Shown: one piece after another, positions 35,314 to 43,334 of the stretch
How positions within the stretch are numbered: position 1 is the stretch's first letter
Layout of the letters: each line of letters starts with the position of its first letter
Assembly: GCA_021463845.1 (NCBI GenBank)
Contig: JAJTXV010000006.1
Span: 49,089 to 113,088 of the forward strand
Source: Anaerolineales bacterium
GTDB lineage: Bacteria > Chloroflexota > Anaerolineae > Anaerolineales > UBA11579
Direction: 5' to 3'
DNA: 64,000 bases
Translations under genes and position numbers: made by a program
Notes under the pieces: generated by a model
Told to the model about the DNA's origin: nothing
Database searches by the model: none
What the model saw: only the letters and a program-made list of their open reading frames with translations

Positions 35314-36693
35314 ATGACCGCTACTGCATCCGCTCCGGCTCCGGGGCAACCGCAAAGCATGCGTACCTTCTATACCATCTGGCTCGGCCAGCTGGTCTCC
35401 CTGCTCGGTTCCGGCCTCACCGGCTTCGCCCTCGGCGTATACGTGTACCAGGAGACGACCTCGATCACGGCCTTCGCCATGAGCATCCTGGCCTTCACCC
35501 TGCCCGGCGTGCTGTTCTCGCCGGTGGCCGGCGCCCTGGTGGACCGCTTCCCGCGCCGCTGGATGATGATCCTCAGCGACACCGGCGCCGGCTTTACCAC
35601 CCTGGCCGTCCTGGCCCTGATCCTGACCGATAACCTGCAGATCTGGCACATCTACGCCGCCAACTTTGTGGCGTCACTGTTCAACACCTTCCAGTGGCCG
35701 GCCTACTCTGCGGCCACCACCATGCTCGTGCCGCAGGCCCAGCTGGGCCGCGCCAGCGGCATGGTGCAAATGGCCGATGCGATCGCCCAGCTGGCCGCGC
35801 CGGCCATCGCCGGGGCGCTGTTCGTCACCTGGGGCATGCCTAATATCATCATGATCGACATCATCACCTTCCTGTTCGCGGTGGGTACGCTGCTGTATGT
35901 ACGCATCCCCGAGCCGAAGCGCACCGCCGAGGAAGCCGCCAGCAAACCCAGCATCCTATCCAGCATCCGGGCTGGCTTCACTTACATTCGCAACCGCCCG
36001 GGCCTGTTCCAGCTGCTGATGTACTTCGCCGGCATCAACCTGTTCTTCACGATGCTGCAGCCGCTGTGGACCCCGCTGCTGCTCGACCTGGGCACACCGG
36101 CCCAGGCCGGCCTGGTGGGCTCCTTCGTGGGGGCCGGCATGCTGGTGGGCACCTTTGTAATGAGCGCCTGGGGCGGCCCAAAACGCCGCGTCTACGGCGT
36201 TCTGGGCACCGGCATCTGGATGGGCGCCATGCTGCTGTTCCTGCTGCTGCCGGCCAGCATGGTGCTGATCGCCGTGACCGGTTTCTTCTCGATGCTGGTG
36301 CTGCCGATCATGAACGGGAGCAGCCAGGCGTTGTGGCAAAGCAAAACCGAGCCTGACCTGCAGGGCCGCGTATTCTCCGTGCGGCGCATGCTGGCCCAGT
36401 TCACCGCGCCCATCGCCATCCTGCTTTCCGGCCCGCTGGTGGACCGCGTGTTTGGCCCGGCGCTGATGCCCGGCGGAGCGCTGGCCGATACGCTCATCGG
36501 CCAGCTGGTGGGCGTAGGCCCCGGCCGCGGCATGGCCCTGTTCTTCGCTGTGATCGGCCTGCTGGTGCTGGTGATCTCGATCCTGGCGCTGGGCAGCCCG
36601 CGCCTGCGCAATGTTCAGGACGAGATTCCCGATGTGATCATCAAGAGCCAGACCGAAGAAGAGACGCTGAAGGAAGCGCTAGGAACCAGCTAA
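35314..36693 (+). CDS. MFS transporter (EntS/macrolide-efflux-like subfamily)
   Basis: 459 aa; 12 TM segments; GALVDRFPRRWMM loop 2-3 motif. Confidence 0.85.
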   Translation: MTATASAPAPGQPQSMRTFYTIWLGQLVSLLGSGLTGFALGVYVYQETTSITAFAMSILAFTLPGVLFSPVAGALVDRFPRRWMMILSDTGAGFTTLAVLALILTDNLQIWHIYAANFVASLFNTFQWPAYSAATTMLVPQAQLGRASGMVQMADAIAQLAAPAIAGALFVTWGMPNIIMIDIITFLFAVGTLLYVRIPEPKRTAEEAASKPSILSSIRAGFTYIRNRPGLFQLLMYFAGINLFFTMLQPLWTPLLLDLGTPAQAGLVGSFVGAGMLVGTFVMSAWGGPKRRVYGVLGTGIWMGAMLLFLLLPASMVLIAVTGFFSMLVLPIMNGSSQALWQSKTEPDLQGRVFSVRRMLAQFTAPIAILLSGPLVDRVFGPALMPGGALADTLIGQLVGVGPGRGMALFFAVIGLLVLVISILALGSPRLRNVQDEIPDVIIKSQTEEETLKEALGTS

Positions 36694-36725
36694 CAAAAAA
36701 GCCCCGCACATGCGGGGCTTTTTTC
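36694..36725. terminator. bidirectional rho-independent terminator
   Basis: aaaaaagccccgca ca tgcggggctttttt between convergent genes. Confidence 0.85.
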
Positions 36726-37255
36726 TACAGGTAGTTCATCAGCAGCCAGGCAATGCCGGCGATGACCGCCGCGCCGGCGATCTGGCGCGGCAGCAGCTTG
36801 AGGTGCACTTTGGCGTGGAAGCCGTAGTCCTTGTATCCGGCCAGACCTTCAGTGCCGGGGAACACCGCCCACTTGGGGGTAATGGTGTTGAGTACGAACC
36901 AGTCAATGAACACCAGGTCAAACGTGGTGATGATGAGCTGGATCAGCAGCGCATGCACGAACAGCGTGCCGTAGCCCGCCCCGCTCTGCTGAGCAAAGGT
37001 GTAGGTGGAATACAGCGTGCCACCCACCAGGATCACCATCAGCGGGAAGATGGCCTTCTTGGCGTGCTCCTTCTCCTTGGCGGTCAGCGGTTTGGCCTTA
37101 GCCAAAATATCTGGCGGGGTTTCACCCGGCGCCAGAAACACGCGCGGAGTGCGCATGGCAATGAACAGCACCAGGCCGGTAAATGCGGCGGTGAAGATGC
37201 CGCCATCCATGATCAGTTTGGTCCAGTCAAGCATTGAATATCTCCTCGGCCGCAA
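36725..37255 (-). CDS. hypothetical 4-5 TM membrane protein (tandem paralog A)
   Basis: 176 aa; SD gaggag. Shares FDLVFIDWFVLNTITPKWAVFPGTEGLAGYKDYGFH with paralog B. Confidence 0.6.
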   Translation of the reverse strand: MRPRRYSMLDWTKLIMDGGIFTAAFTGLVLFIAMRTPRVFLAPGETPPDILAKAKPLTAKEKEHAKKAIFPLMVILVGGTLYSTYTFAQQSGAGYGTLFVHALLIQLIITTFDLVFIDWFVLNTITPKWAVFPGTEGLAGYKDYGFHAKVHLKLLPRQIAGAAVIAGIAWLLMNYL

Positions 37256-37283
37256 TTCTAAACTGGCAATGGAGCAAACCGAT

Positions 37284-37309
37284 AAAAAAACCGCCCCATA
37301 TGGGGCGGT
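37284..37309 (-). terminator. rho-independent terminator
   Basis: accgcccca ta tggggcggt stem with an A-run at 37284-37290 (T-run on the minus strand), 4 nt after the stop of paralog B. Confidence 0.8.
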
Positions 37310-37312
37310 TTT

Positions 37313-37816
37313 TTAGGCCAGCAGCAACAGCACGATGCCGGCTGCCATGGCCGCAAAGATGGCCTGACCGGGCAGCGCCCGCAGGTGCGCCCGTCCGTGG
37401 AAACTGTAATCTTTGTAGCCTGCGAAACCTTCGGTGCCTGGGTACACAAACTGCTTGGGCGTGATGGTGTTGAGCAGCAGCCAATCGATCACCACCAGGT
37501 CAAAAGTGCTGACTGTCAGGATCAGGATGAGTGCATGCAGGAACAGCAAGCCGAAGCCGGCCCCGCTCGCGCTGCCAAAGACGTAGGTGGAGTAAAACAC
37601 CAGGCCAAGTAGGCCGAACGCCAGCGGGATGGCTGCCCACAGCGACTGGCGCCGTTCAGCCTCCGTGCGCGGCGGCACGGCTGCCAGAATGTCTGGCGGC
37701 ACATTCTTCTTCTCAAGAAACCAGCGCGGCCGCTTGAGGCCAACGGTGAGAATGATGCAGCTGATGGCAAGGATGCCAACAAAGCTATGCGTCAGAAGTA
37801 AAGATAGGTTCAACAT
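37313..37816 (-). CDS. hypothetical 4-5 TM membrane protein (tandem paralog B)
   Basis: 167 aa; FDLVVIDWLLLNTITPKQFVYPGTEGFAGYKDYSFH. Confidence 0.6.
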   Translation of the reverse strand: MLNLSLLLTHSFVGILAISCIILTVGLKRPRWFLEKKNVPPDILAAVPPRTEAERRQSLWAAIPLAFGLLGLVFYSTYVFGSASGAGFGLLFLHALILILTVSTFDLVVIDWLLLNTITPKQFVYPGTEGFAGYKDYSFHGRAHLRALPGQAIFAAMAAGIVLLLLA

Positions 37817-37821
37817 GATGT

Positions 37822-37855
37822 CCTCTATAATTTAGGTATACCTAAATTATAGAGG
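37822..37855. promoter_or_regulatory. perfect 34-bp AT-rich palindrome overlapping the RBS/-10 region of paralog B
   Basis: cctctataatttaggta|tacctaaattatagagg is an exact reverse complement. It ends 5 nt from the ATG at 37816. On the minus strand it reads TATAAT...TATAGAGGacatcATG. Confidence 0.6.
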
Positions 37856-37870
37856 GGTATTGCGAAGCCG

Positions 37871-38488
37871 TCAAGCGGGTAACGGGTACACCTGCTCGCC
37901 GGCCGGGATGGCCAGCGCCAACACGTTCTCCGGCGGGGCTTCATATCGCGCCGCGGCTGGGTCATAGGCGCTGGCTGGGTTGTAGGCAAAGTTGAAATCG
38001 AGCACCAGCTTGCCGTGCTCTTCGCCCAGGTCGGCGCCGTGCGGCGTATCCAGCAGCCAGCGCGCCCCAGCATAGGTCTTGCCGCTGCGGGCGCTGGCGT
38101 CTGCGAAGGGCAGCAGCAGGCCACCGCCGTAGCCCAGCAGGCTGAACAGCGAGAGGCTCAGTGTGCTGCCCGCCACGGCGAAGTGCACGCGCCCCACGCG
38201 CTGCACTTCTGCACCAGCCAGCTGCATACGCTCCGGCTGCACGTCAATGTCCACATCCACGGCAAAGCGCAGCGCCGGGTCATATGGGTAATAGGCCAGG
38301 TTGATGAAGTGAGCGCGCTGCGCCGGCGGCACCGGCGAGTGCGGGTGCCCACCCAACAGCTCGTTGCGCGCCGCTACCCAATACTGCCAGCGCTGCTCGG
38401 CCGGGATGCGGCGGTCGCGCACGCCGGCATAGATGGCCTGCATCTTTCGGTAATAGTCAAGTTGGTCCAGTTCATCCAATCGAAACAT
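37871..38488 (-). CDS. DUF1684 family protein
   Basis: 205 aa; LDFNFAYNPASAYDP resembles the DFNxAYNPxCAY signature of DUF1684. Confidence 0.6.
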   Translation of the reverse strand: MFRLDELDQLDYYRKMQAIYAGVRDRRIPAEQRWQYWVAARNELLGGHPHSPVPPAQRAHFINLAYYPYDPALRFAVDVDIDVQPERMQLAGAEVQRVGRVHFAVAGSTLSLSLFSLLGYGGGLLLPFADASARSGKTYAGARWLLDTPHGADLGEEHGKLVLDFNFAYNPASAYDPAAARYEAPPENVLALAIPAGEQVYPLPA

Positions 38489-38571
38489 AGCCGTAGGCTA
38501 ACACCGAATCTGCAGCAGTGCACAGGCGTATAATCAGCCTCCATTCACTATCCCAGAGAGCGCCTTCACCC

Positions 38572-39702
38572 ATGACCAATCCCTTCTCCACCGAAAATCT
38601 GCTGCGCCGCCAGGCCCAACTCAGCGACGCCATGAGCGCCGGGGGCTTTGACGCCATGGCGCTCAACGCCGGGCCAAGCCAGGTGTACATGAGCGGACTG
38701 CACTTCCATCTGATGGAGCGCCCCACTGTGTTGCTGTTGGCGCCGGGCAAAAGCCCGGTCATCGTGCTGCCGGATTTCGAGAAGGGCAAGCTATCCAGCC
38801 TGGACTTCGAGCTGCGCGCCGTGACCTACAGCGAGAACCCCGCCGAGTGGCAGGCCGCCTTCAACCAGGCCGCCGCGCTGATCGGGCCGGCCAAGCAGAT
38901 CGGCGTGGAAGGCTTGCGCATGCGCGTGATGGAACTGCGCTATCTGCAGGCCGCCTTCCCCGGAGCCGAGTTCCCCATCGCTGAGCATCTGATCGCTGAC
39001 ATGCGCAAGCACAAGGACGCCGGCGAAATTGCAGCGATGAAGAAAGCGGTCGAGATCGCCGAGGGCGGCCTGGAAGCTACCCTGAAGAAGATCAAGATCG
39101 GAATGAGCGAGAAGGAGATCGCTGGCATCCTGGTGCAAGAGCTGTATGCGCTCGGCTCTGACCCGGAGCTGCCCTTTGCGCCCATCGTGGCCGCCGCCGC
39201 CAACAGCGCCAACCCGCACTCCACTGTCAGCGATTACCGCATCAAGGAAGGCGACTTGCTGCTGATCGATTGGGGCGCCTCATACAACGGCTATCTGTCT
39301 GACCTCACCCGCACCTTCGCGGTAGGCGAGATCAGCGAAGAGTTCAAGCGCATTTACGAGGTCGTCAAACTGGCCAACCAGGCCGGCCGCGAGGCCGCAG
39401 CCATCGGCGCCCCGTGCGCCGCGGTGGACGAGGCCGCCCGCGACGCAATCGACGATAACGGCTACGGCCAATACTTCACCCACCGCACTGGCCACGGCCT
39501 GGGCATGGAGGGCCACGAAGAGCCTTACATGCGCGGCGACAATACGCTGCCATTGGCCGAGGGCATGAGTTTCACGGTCGAGCCCGGCATCTACCTTGAC
39601 GGACGCGGCGGTGTGCGCATCGAGGATAACGTGGTCATGACGGCTGACGGCCCGCTGACCCTCAGCAGCTTCCCCCGCGAGCTGCGAAGCGTCGGTAAGT
39701 AG
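38572..39702 (+). CDS. M24-family Xaa-Pro aminopeptidase/dipeptidase
   Basis: ATG at 38572. Pita-bread fold metal ligands: DWGASYNGYLSDLTRTF, HRTGHGLGMEGHEEP, VEPGIY...GVRIEDN. Confidence 0.85.
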   Translation: MTNPFSTENLLRRQAQLSDAMSAGGFDAMALNAGPSQVYMSGLHFHLMERPTVLLLAPGKSPVIVLPDFEKGKLSSLDFELRAVTYSENPAEWQAAFNQAAALIGPAKQIGVEGLRMRVMELRYLQAAFPGAEFPIAEHLIADMRKHKDAGEIAAMKKAVEIAEGGLEATLKKIKIGMSEKEIAGILVQELYALGSDPELPFAPIVAAAANSANPHSTVSDYRIKEGDLLLIDWGASYNGYLSDLTRTFAVGEISEEFKRIYEVVKLANQAGREAAAIGAPCAAVDEAARDAIDDNGYGQYFTHRTGHGLGMEGHEEPYMRGDNTLPLAEGMSFTVEPGIYLDGRGGVRIEDNVVMTADGPLTLSSFPRELRSVGK

Positions 39703-39711
39703 CCACCTTCT

Positions 39712-39958
39712 CGTCATTGCGAGCGCAGGGAAGGGGGTTCCCGCTACGCTTGTTTGTCATTCCGAACGAGGCCGCAGGCCGAGGAGGAATCCGTTATGAG
39801 CGGATTTGAGCTGTGGCATATGTGCTTGGGTACAAACCACCTGAATACGGATTCCTCCTCGCGGCTCCGCCGCTCGTTCGGAATGACACAGTGAAGACAT
39901 TAGCCTGATTGCGCGATGAAGTCGAAACGGAGCACGTAGGGGCGCAGCATGCTGCGTC
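39712..39958. repeat. repeat cluster: GTCATTGCGAGCG module, 134-bp family-1 palindromic element, GC palindrome
   Basis: gtcattgcgagcgcaggg... at 39712-39748. The element at 39755-39888 has arms tgtcattccgaacgag...ggaggaatccgtta / tacggattcctcc...ctcgttcggaatgaca. cgcagcatgctgcg at 39943-39956. Confidence 0.85.
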
Positions 39959-40207
39959 AGTTTCTATCCATCCCATCTGCTCAAATCAACCCCTAGCAAA
40001 GCCTTGACGGCAGGATCCACTTCGCCCACTCCTCCACTGCCCTGTGGTATTCCCTTCCGCATGGCAACAAACAGGCTACGCCCACTGCCCAGATATCTTT
40101 TGAGTTGCACGCCCCACCCCCAGGCCCAAAACGAACAACATCTTTCCAAATTGGCACTTTTCTGCAGCCGTATTCACCTGTATCCTGAAAGGTATAATGA
40201 GGTCCTT

Positions 40208-40654
40208 ATGAGCAAAAAAGCTGAGCTTGAAACCGCCCTCAAAGAGGCCCTCAAGGCCAATGACACCATGCGCAAGAACACCCTGCGCGGCGCTCTGGCG
40301 GCGGTGAAAGAAGCCGAAGTTGCCAAGCGCGGCGAGCTGGATGACGCCGCTGTCATCGCCATCCTCCAAAAGGAGCTCAAATCGCGCCAGGAAGCTATGT
40401 CCGAGGGCGAGAAAGCCTCGCGGCCCGACCTGGTTGAGGCCGCCAAGCTTGAGGCCAGCCTGCTGGAAACCTATCTGCCGGCCGGCCTCAGCGCCGCCGA
40501 GATCGAAGCCATTGTCACCGCAGCCATCGCCGAGGCAGGCGCCAGCTCGCCCTCGGACATGGGCAAGGTGATGAAACTCGTGTTGCCCAAGGTGCAGGGC
40601 CGCGCCGATGGCGGCCAGGTCAGCGCCCTGGTCAAAGCCAAATTGCAGGGGTAG
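40208..40654 (+). CDS. yqeY: GatB/YqeY domain protein
   Basis: 148 aa from ATG at 40208; LKEALKANDTMRKNTLRGALAAVKEAEV...MGKVMKLVLPKVQGRADGGQVSALVK. Confidence 0.85.
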   Translation: MSKKAELETALKEALKANDTMRKNTLRGALAAVKEAEVAKRGELDDAAVIAILQKELKSRQEAMSEGEKASRPDLVEAAKLEASLLETYLPAGLSAAEIEAIVTAAIAEAGASSPSDMGKVMKLVLPKVQGRADGGQVSALVKAKLQG

Positions 40655-40669
40655 ATAGCGCTGTTTTCT

Positions 40670-42817
40670 ATGTCTGAAAAAGCCAGTAGTCCCCAGCGCA
40701 AACCGCAGCGTTGGTCCACTCGCAGAAGCGTTTTCTTGTGGACCCTCTGGACTGTGTGTTTGCTCATCTCGGTTGCCGCCCTGGTCATGCCCTTCTCCAC
40801 CCGCCAGGCCAGTCTGCGCGCCCAGGTGGGGGATGTGGCCAGCCAGGACATCGTTGCCCCGCGCACTCTCAACTACCAAAGCGTGGTCTTCACGGAGCGT
40901 GACCGCCGCGAGGCCGCTGATGCCGTAGCGCCGGTCTACGGCGCACCCGACGCCAACGTTGCCCGTCAGCAGCTGGAAACCCTGCGCTCCGCCGTCGAAT
41001 TCATTGACAGCGTGCGCGCCGATACCTTCGCCACGCTGGAGCAGAAAATTGGCGACTTGACCGCGCTCCAGAACCTGACCCTCGGGCGCGAGAGCGCCCA
41101 GACCATCCTGCTGCTCAGCGACAGCGCCTGGCAGAACGTGCGCCAGGAAGCCATCGTGGTGCTGGAGCAGATCATGCGCAGCAGCATCCGCCAGAACCGC
41201 CTGGATGAGGCCCGCCGCAGCGTGCCCGCCCTGGTCAGCCTGTCGCTGCCGCAGGACCAGGCCACCCTGGTGGCCGAGCTGGTGGCCGCCTTCGTGGCGC
41301 CCAACAGCTTCTATTCCGAAGCGCTGACCCAGGCCGCCCGCCAGGAGGCGTCCGCGGCCGTACCGCCGGCCGTGCGCACCTTTGTCACTAACGAGATCAT
41401 CGTCTCGCGCGGCCAAGTGCTCAACGAAGCTGACCTCGAGGCCTTGCAGCAGTTCGGCCTGGTGCAGCCAGAGACTGGCTGGCGCAACTACATCGGCGCC
41501 GCGGTGCTGGCCCTGGTCGCTTTCGCACTGGCGGCCCTGTTCCTGCGCTTCCGCCCGCAGCTGCTCGACAAGATCCGCGAGCTCACCCTGGTTTCCACGC
41601 TCTTCATCGCCTTCCTGCTGGTGGCGCGCTTCGTCATCGTCGATCGCACGGTCATGCCGTATCTGTTCCCGGTGGCCGGCTTCGCCTTGCTCTCCGCCAC
41701 GCTATACAGCTCGCAGGCCGCTCTGGTCTTCTCGCTGGTGCTTAGCGTGCTGGCGGCCTACAACCTGCCCAACGCTTTTGATCTGACGCTGTATTACTTC
41801 TTCGGCAGCCTGTTCGGCGTGCTGTTCCTCAAGCGCGCGCAGCGCGTGATGGCCTATTTCTGGGCCGGCGCGGCTGTAATGGTGGCGGGTGCGGCCGTGC
41901 TGGTGGCGTATCGCCTGCCGCTTGCCTCCACCGATGTTGTTGGCCTGCTCACGCTTCTTGGCGCTTCTGGTCTCAACGGTTTCTTCTCCGCCAGTCTCAC
42001 CATCGTGCTGCAACTGTTCCTGGCGCAGTGGCTGGGTCTCACCACCACGGTCCAGCTCATGGAGCTGGCCCGCCCGGACCACCCTCTGCTGCAGTTCCTC
42101 ATGCGGCATGCCCCCGGCACCTACCAGCACAGCCTGCTGATCGCCAATCTGTCTGAGCAGGCCGCCGAGGCCATCGGCGCCGATGCGCTGCTGACCCGCA
42201 TTGGCTCGCTGTATCACGATGCCGGCAAGGCGCGCCAGCCGCACTATTTCATCGAGAACCAGGTCACCGGCGCCCACAACCCGCATGAGGACCTGACCCC
42301 GCTGGAGAGCGCCCAGCGCATCATCCGCCACGTGCCGGATGGTGTGGAGCTGGCCCAAAAGCACCGCCTGCCGCAGCGCATCATTGACTTCATCAAGGAG
42401 CATCACGGCACGTTGGTGACCCGCTACCAATACGCCCGCGCTCTGGAAGCCGCTGGCGGCGATGAGACCAAGGTCAATCAAGACGATTTCCGCTACGACG
42501 GTCCGCGGCCGCAATCGCGCGAGACGGCGCTGGTGATGCTGGCGGACGGCTGCGAAGCCCGCACGCGCGCCGAACGCCCCAAGACCGACGAAGAGCTGGC
42601 CGCCCTGGTGCGCAGCGTGATCGACAGCCGCCTCAACACCGGCCAGCTGGAAGATACAGCCCTGACCATGCGCGACCTGTCCATCGTTGCGGATACTTTC
42701 GTCACCGGCTTGCGCGGCGTCTACCATCCGCGCCTGGTGTATCCCGATCTCGATGAGAAGACCCTCAACGCGCTGGATGCCCAGCCAGCCCTCAAGTCCT
42801 TCCCGCCTAAGCGATGA
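40670..42817 (+). CDS. pgpH: 7TM-receptor/HD phosphohydrolase (PgpH/YqfF family, cyclic-di-AMP phosphodiesterase-like)
   Basis: 715 aa; extracytoplasmic domain, 7 TM segments, HD domain (HSLLIANL...LYHDAGK...HHGT). Confidence 0.85.
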   Translation: MSEKASSPQRKPQRWSTRRSVFLWTLWTVCLLISVAALVMPFSTRQASLRAQVGDVASQDIVAPRTLNYQSVVFTERDRREAADAVAPVYGAPDANVARQQLETLRSAVEFIDSVRADTFATLEQKIGDLTALQNLTLGRESAQTILLLSDSAWQNVRQEAIVVLEQIMRSSIRQNRLDEARRSVPALVSLSLPQDQATLVAELVAAFVAPNSFYSEALTQAARQEASAAVPPAVRTFVTNEIIVSRGQVLNEADLEALQQFGLVQPETGWRNYIGAAVLALVAFALAALFLRFRPQLLDKIRELTLVSTLFIAFLLVARFVIVDRTVMPYLFPVAGFALLSATLYSSQAALVFSLVLSVLAAYNLPNAFDLTLYYFFGSLFGVLFLKRAQRVMAYFWAGAAVMVAGAAVLVAYRLPLASTDVVGLLTLLGASGLNGFFSASLTIVLQLFLAQWLGLTTTVQLMELARPDHPLLQFLMRHAPGTYQHSLLIANLSEQAAEAIGADALLTRIGSLYHDAGKARQPHYFIENQVTGAHNPHEDLTPLESAQRIIRHVPDGVELAQKHRLPQRIIDFIKEHHGTLVTRYQYARALEAAGGDETKVNQDDFRYDGPRPQSRETALVMLADGCEARTRAERPKTDEELAALVRSVIDSRLNTGQLEDTALTMRDLSIVADTFVTGLRGVYHPRLVYPDLDEKTLNALDAQPALKSFPPKR

Positions 42818-43287
42818 TCCATTTCCATATCGATGGCCGCTACGCAGCCCACAAGTTTGAGCGCAAGCTCAAAGCGGCTGTACAAGCCGCTTTGCAGCAC
42901 CAGGGCGCGCCCAAGGCCGAGCTGACCGTGGTGCTGACCGGGATTGCGCGCCTGCGCGCCCTCAACCGCCAATACCGTGGCATCGATAAGCCCACCGATG
43001 TGCTCTCCTTTGGTGATATTGACCAGCTCGGCGAGAGCGGCAACCTGTATCTGGGCGATGTGGTCATCTCCGTACCGCGCGCCCGCGCTCAGGCTGCGGC
43101 TGCCGGCCACAGCCTGCCCGCCGAGCTGCAGCTGCTGGCCGTGCACGGCGCGCTGCACCTGCTGGGGCATGACCATGCCCAGCCGGCCCAGCGCCGCAAG
43201 ATGTGGGCCGCCCAGGACGCGATATTGAGCCAGCTTGGCCTCAGCATGCGCTCCGCCGAGCTGGAAGCCCGGCCAGACGTCAAATAA
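42814..43287 (+). CDS. ybeY: rRNA maturation endoribonuclease YbeY
   Basis: 157 aa; HGALHLLGHDH zinc motif; ATGA overlap with pgpH. Confidence 0.9.
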   Translation: MIHFHIDGRYAAHKFERKLKAAVQAALQHQGAPKAELTVVLTGIARLRALNRQYRGIDKPTDVLSFGDIDQLGESGNLYLGDVVISVPRARAQAAAAGHSLPAELQLLAVHGALHLLGHDHAQPAQRRKMWAAQDAILSQLGLSMRSAELEARPDVK

Positions 43288-43317
43288 AAAAGCCCCGGCA
43301 TGCCGGGGCTTTTTTGT
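43286..43317. terminator. bidirectional rho-independent terminator
   Basis: aaaaaagccccggca tgccggggctttttt between the convergent ybeY and phnE. Confidence 0.85.
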
Positions 43318-43334
43318 TTAAGTTAGAAGTCAGG

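Noticed and set aside
40076-42727. 446-aa and 341-aa minus-strand ORFs
   Set aside because: Antisense to yqeY/pgpH. The plus-strand genes carry clear GatB_YqeY and 7TM-HD motifs.
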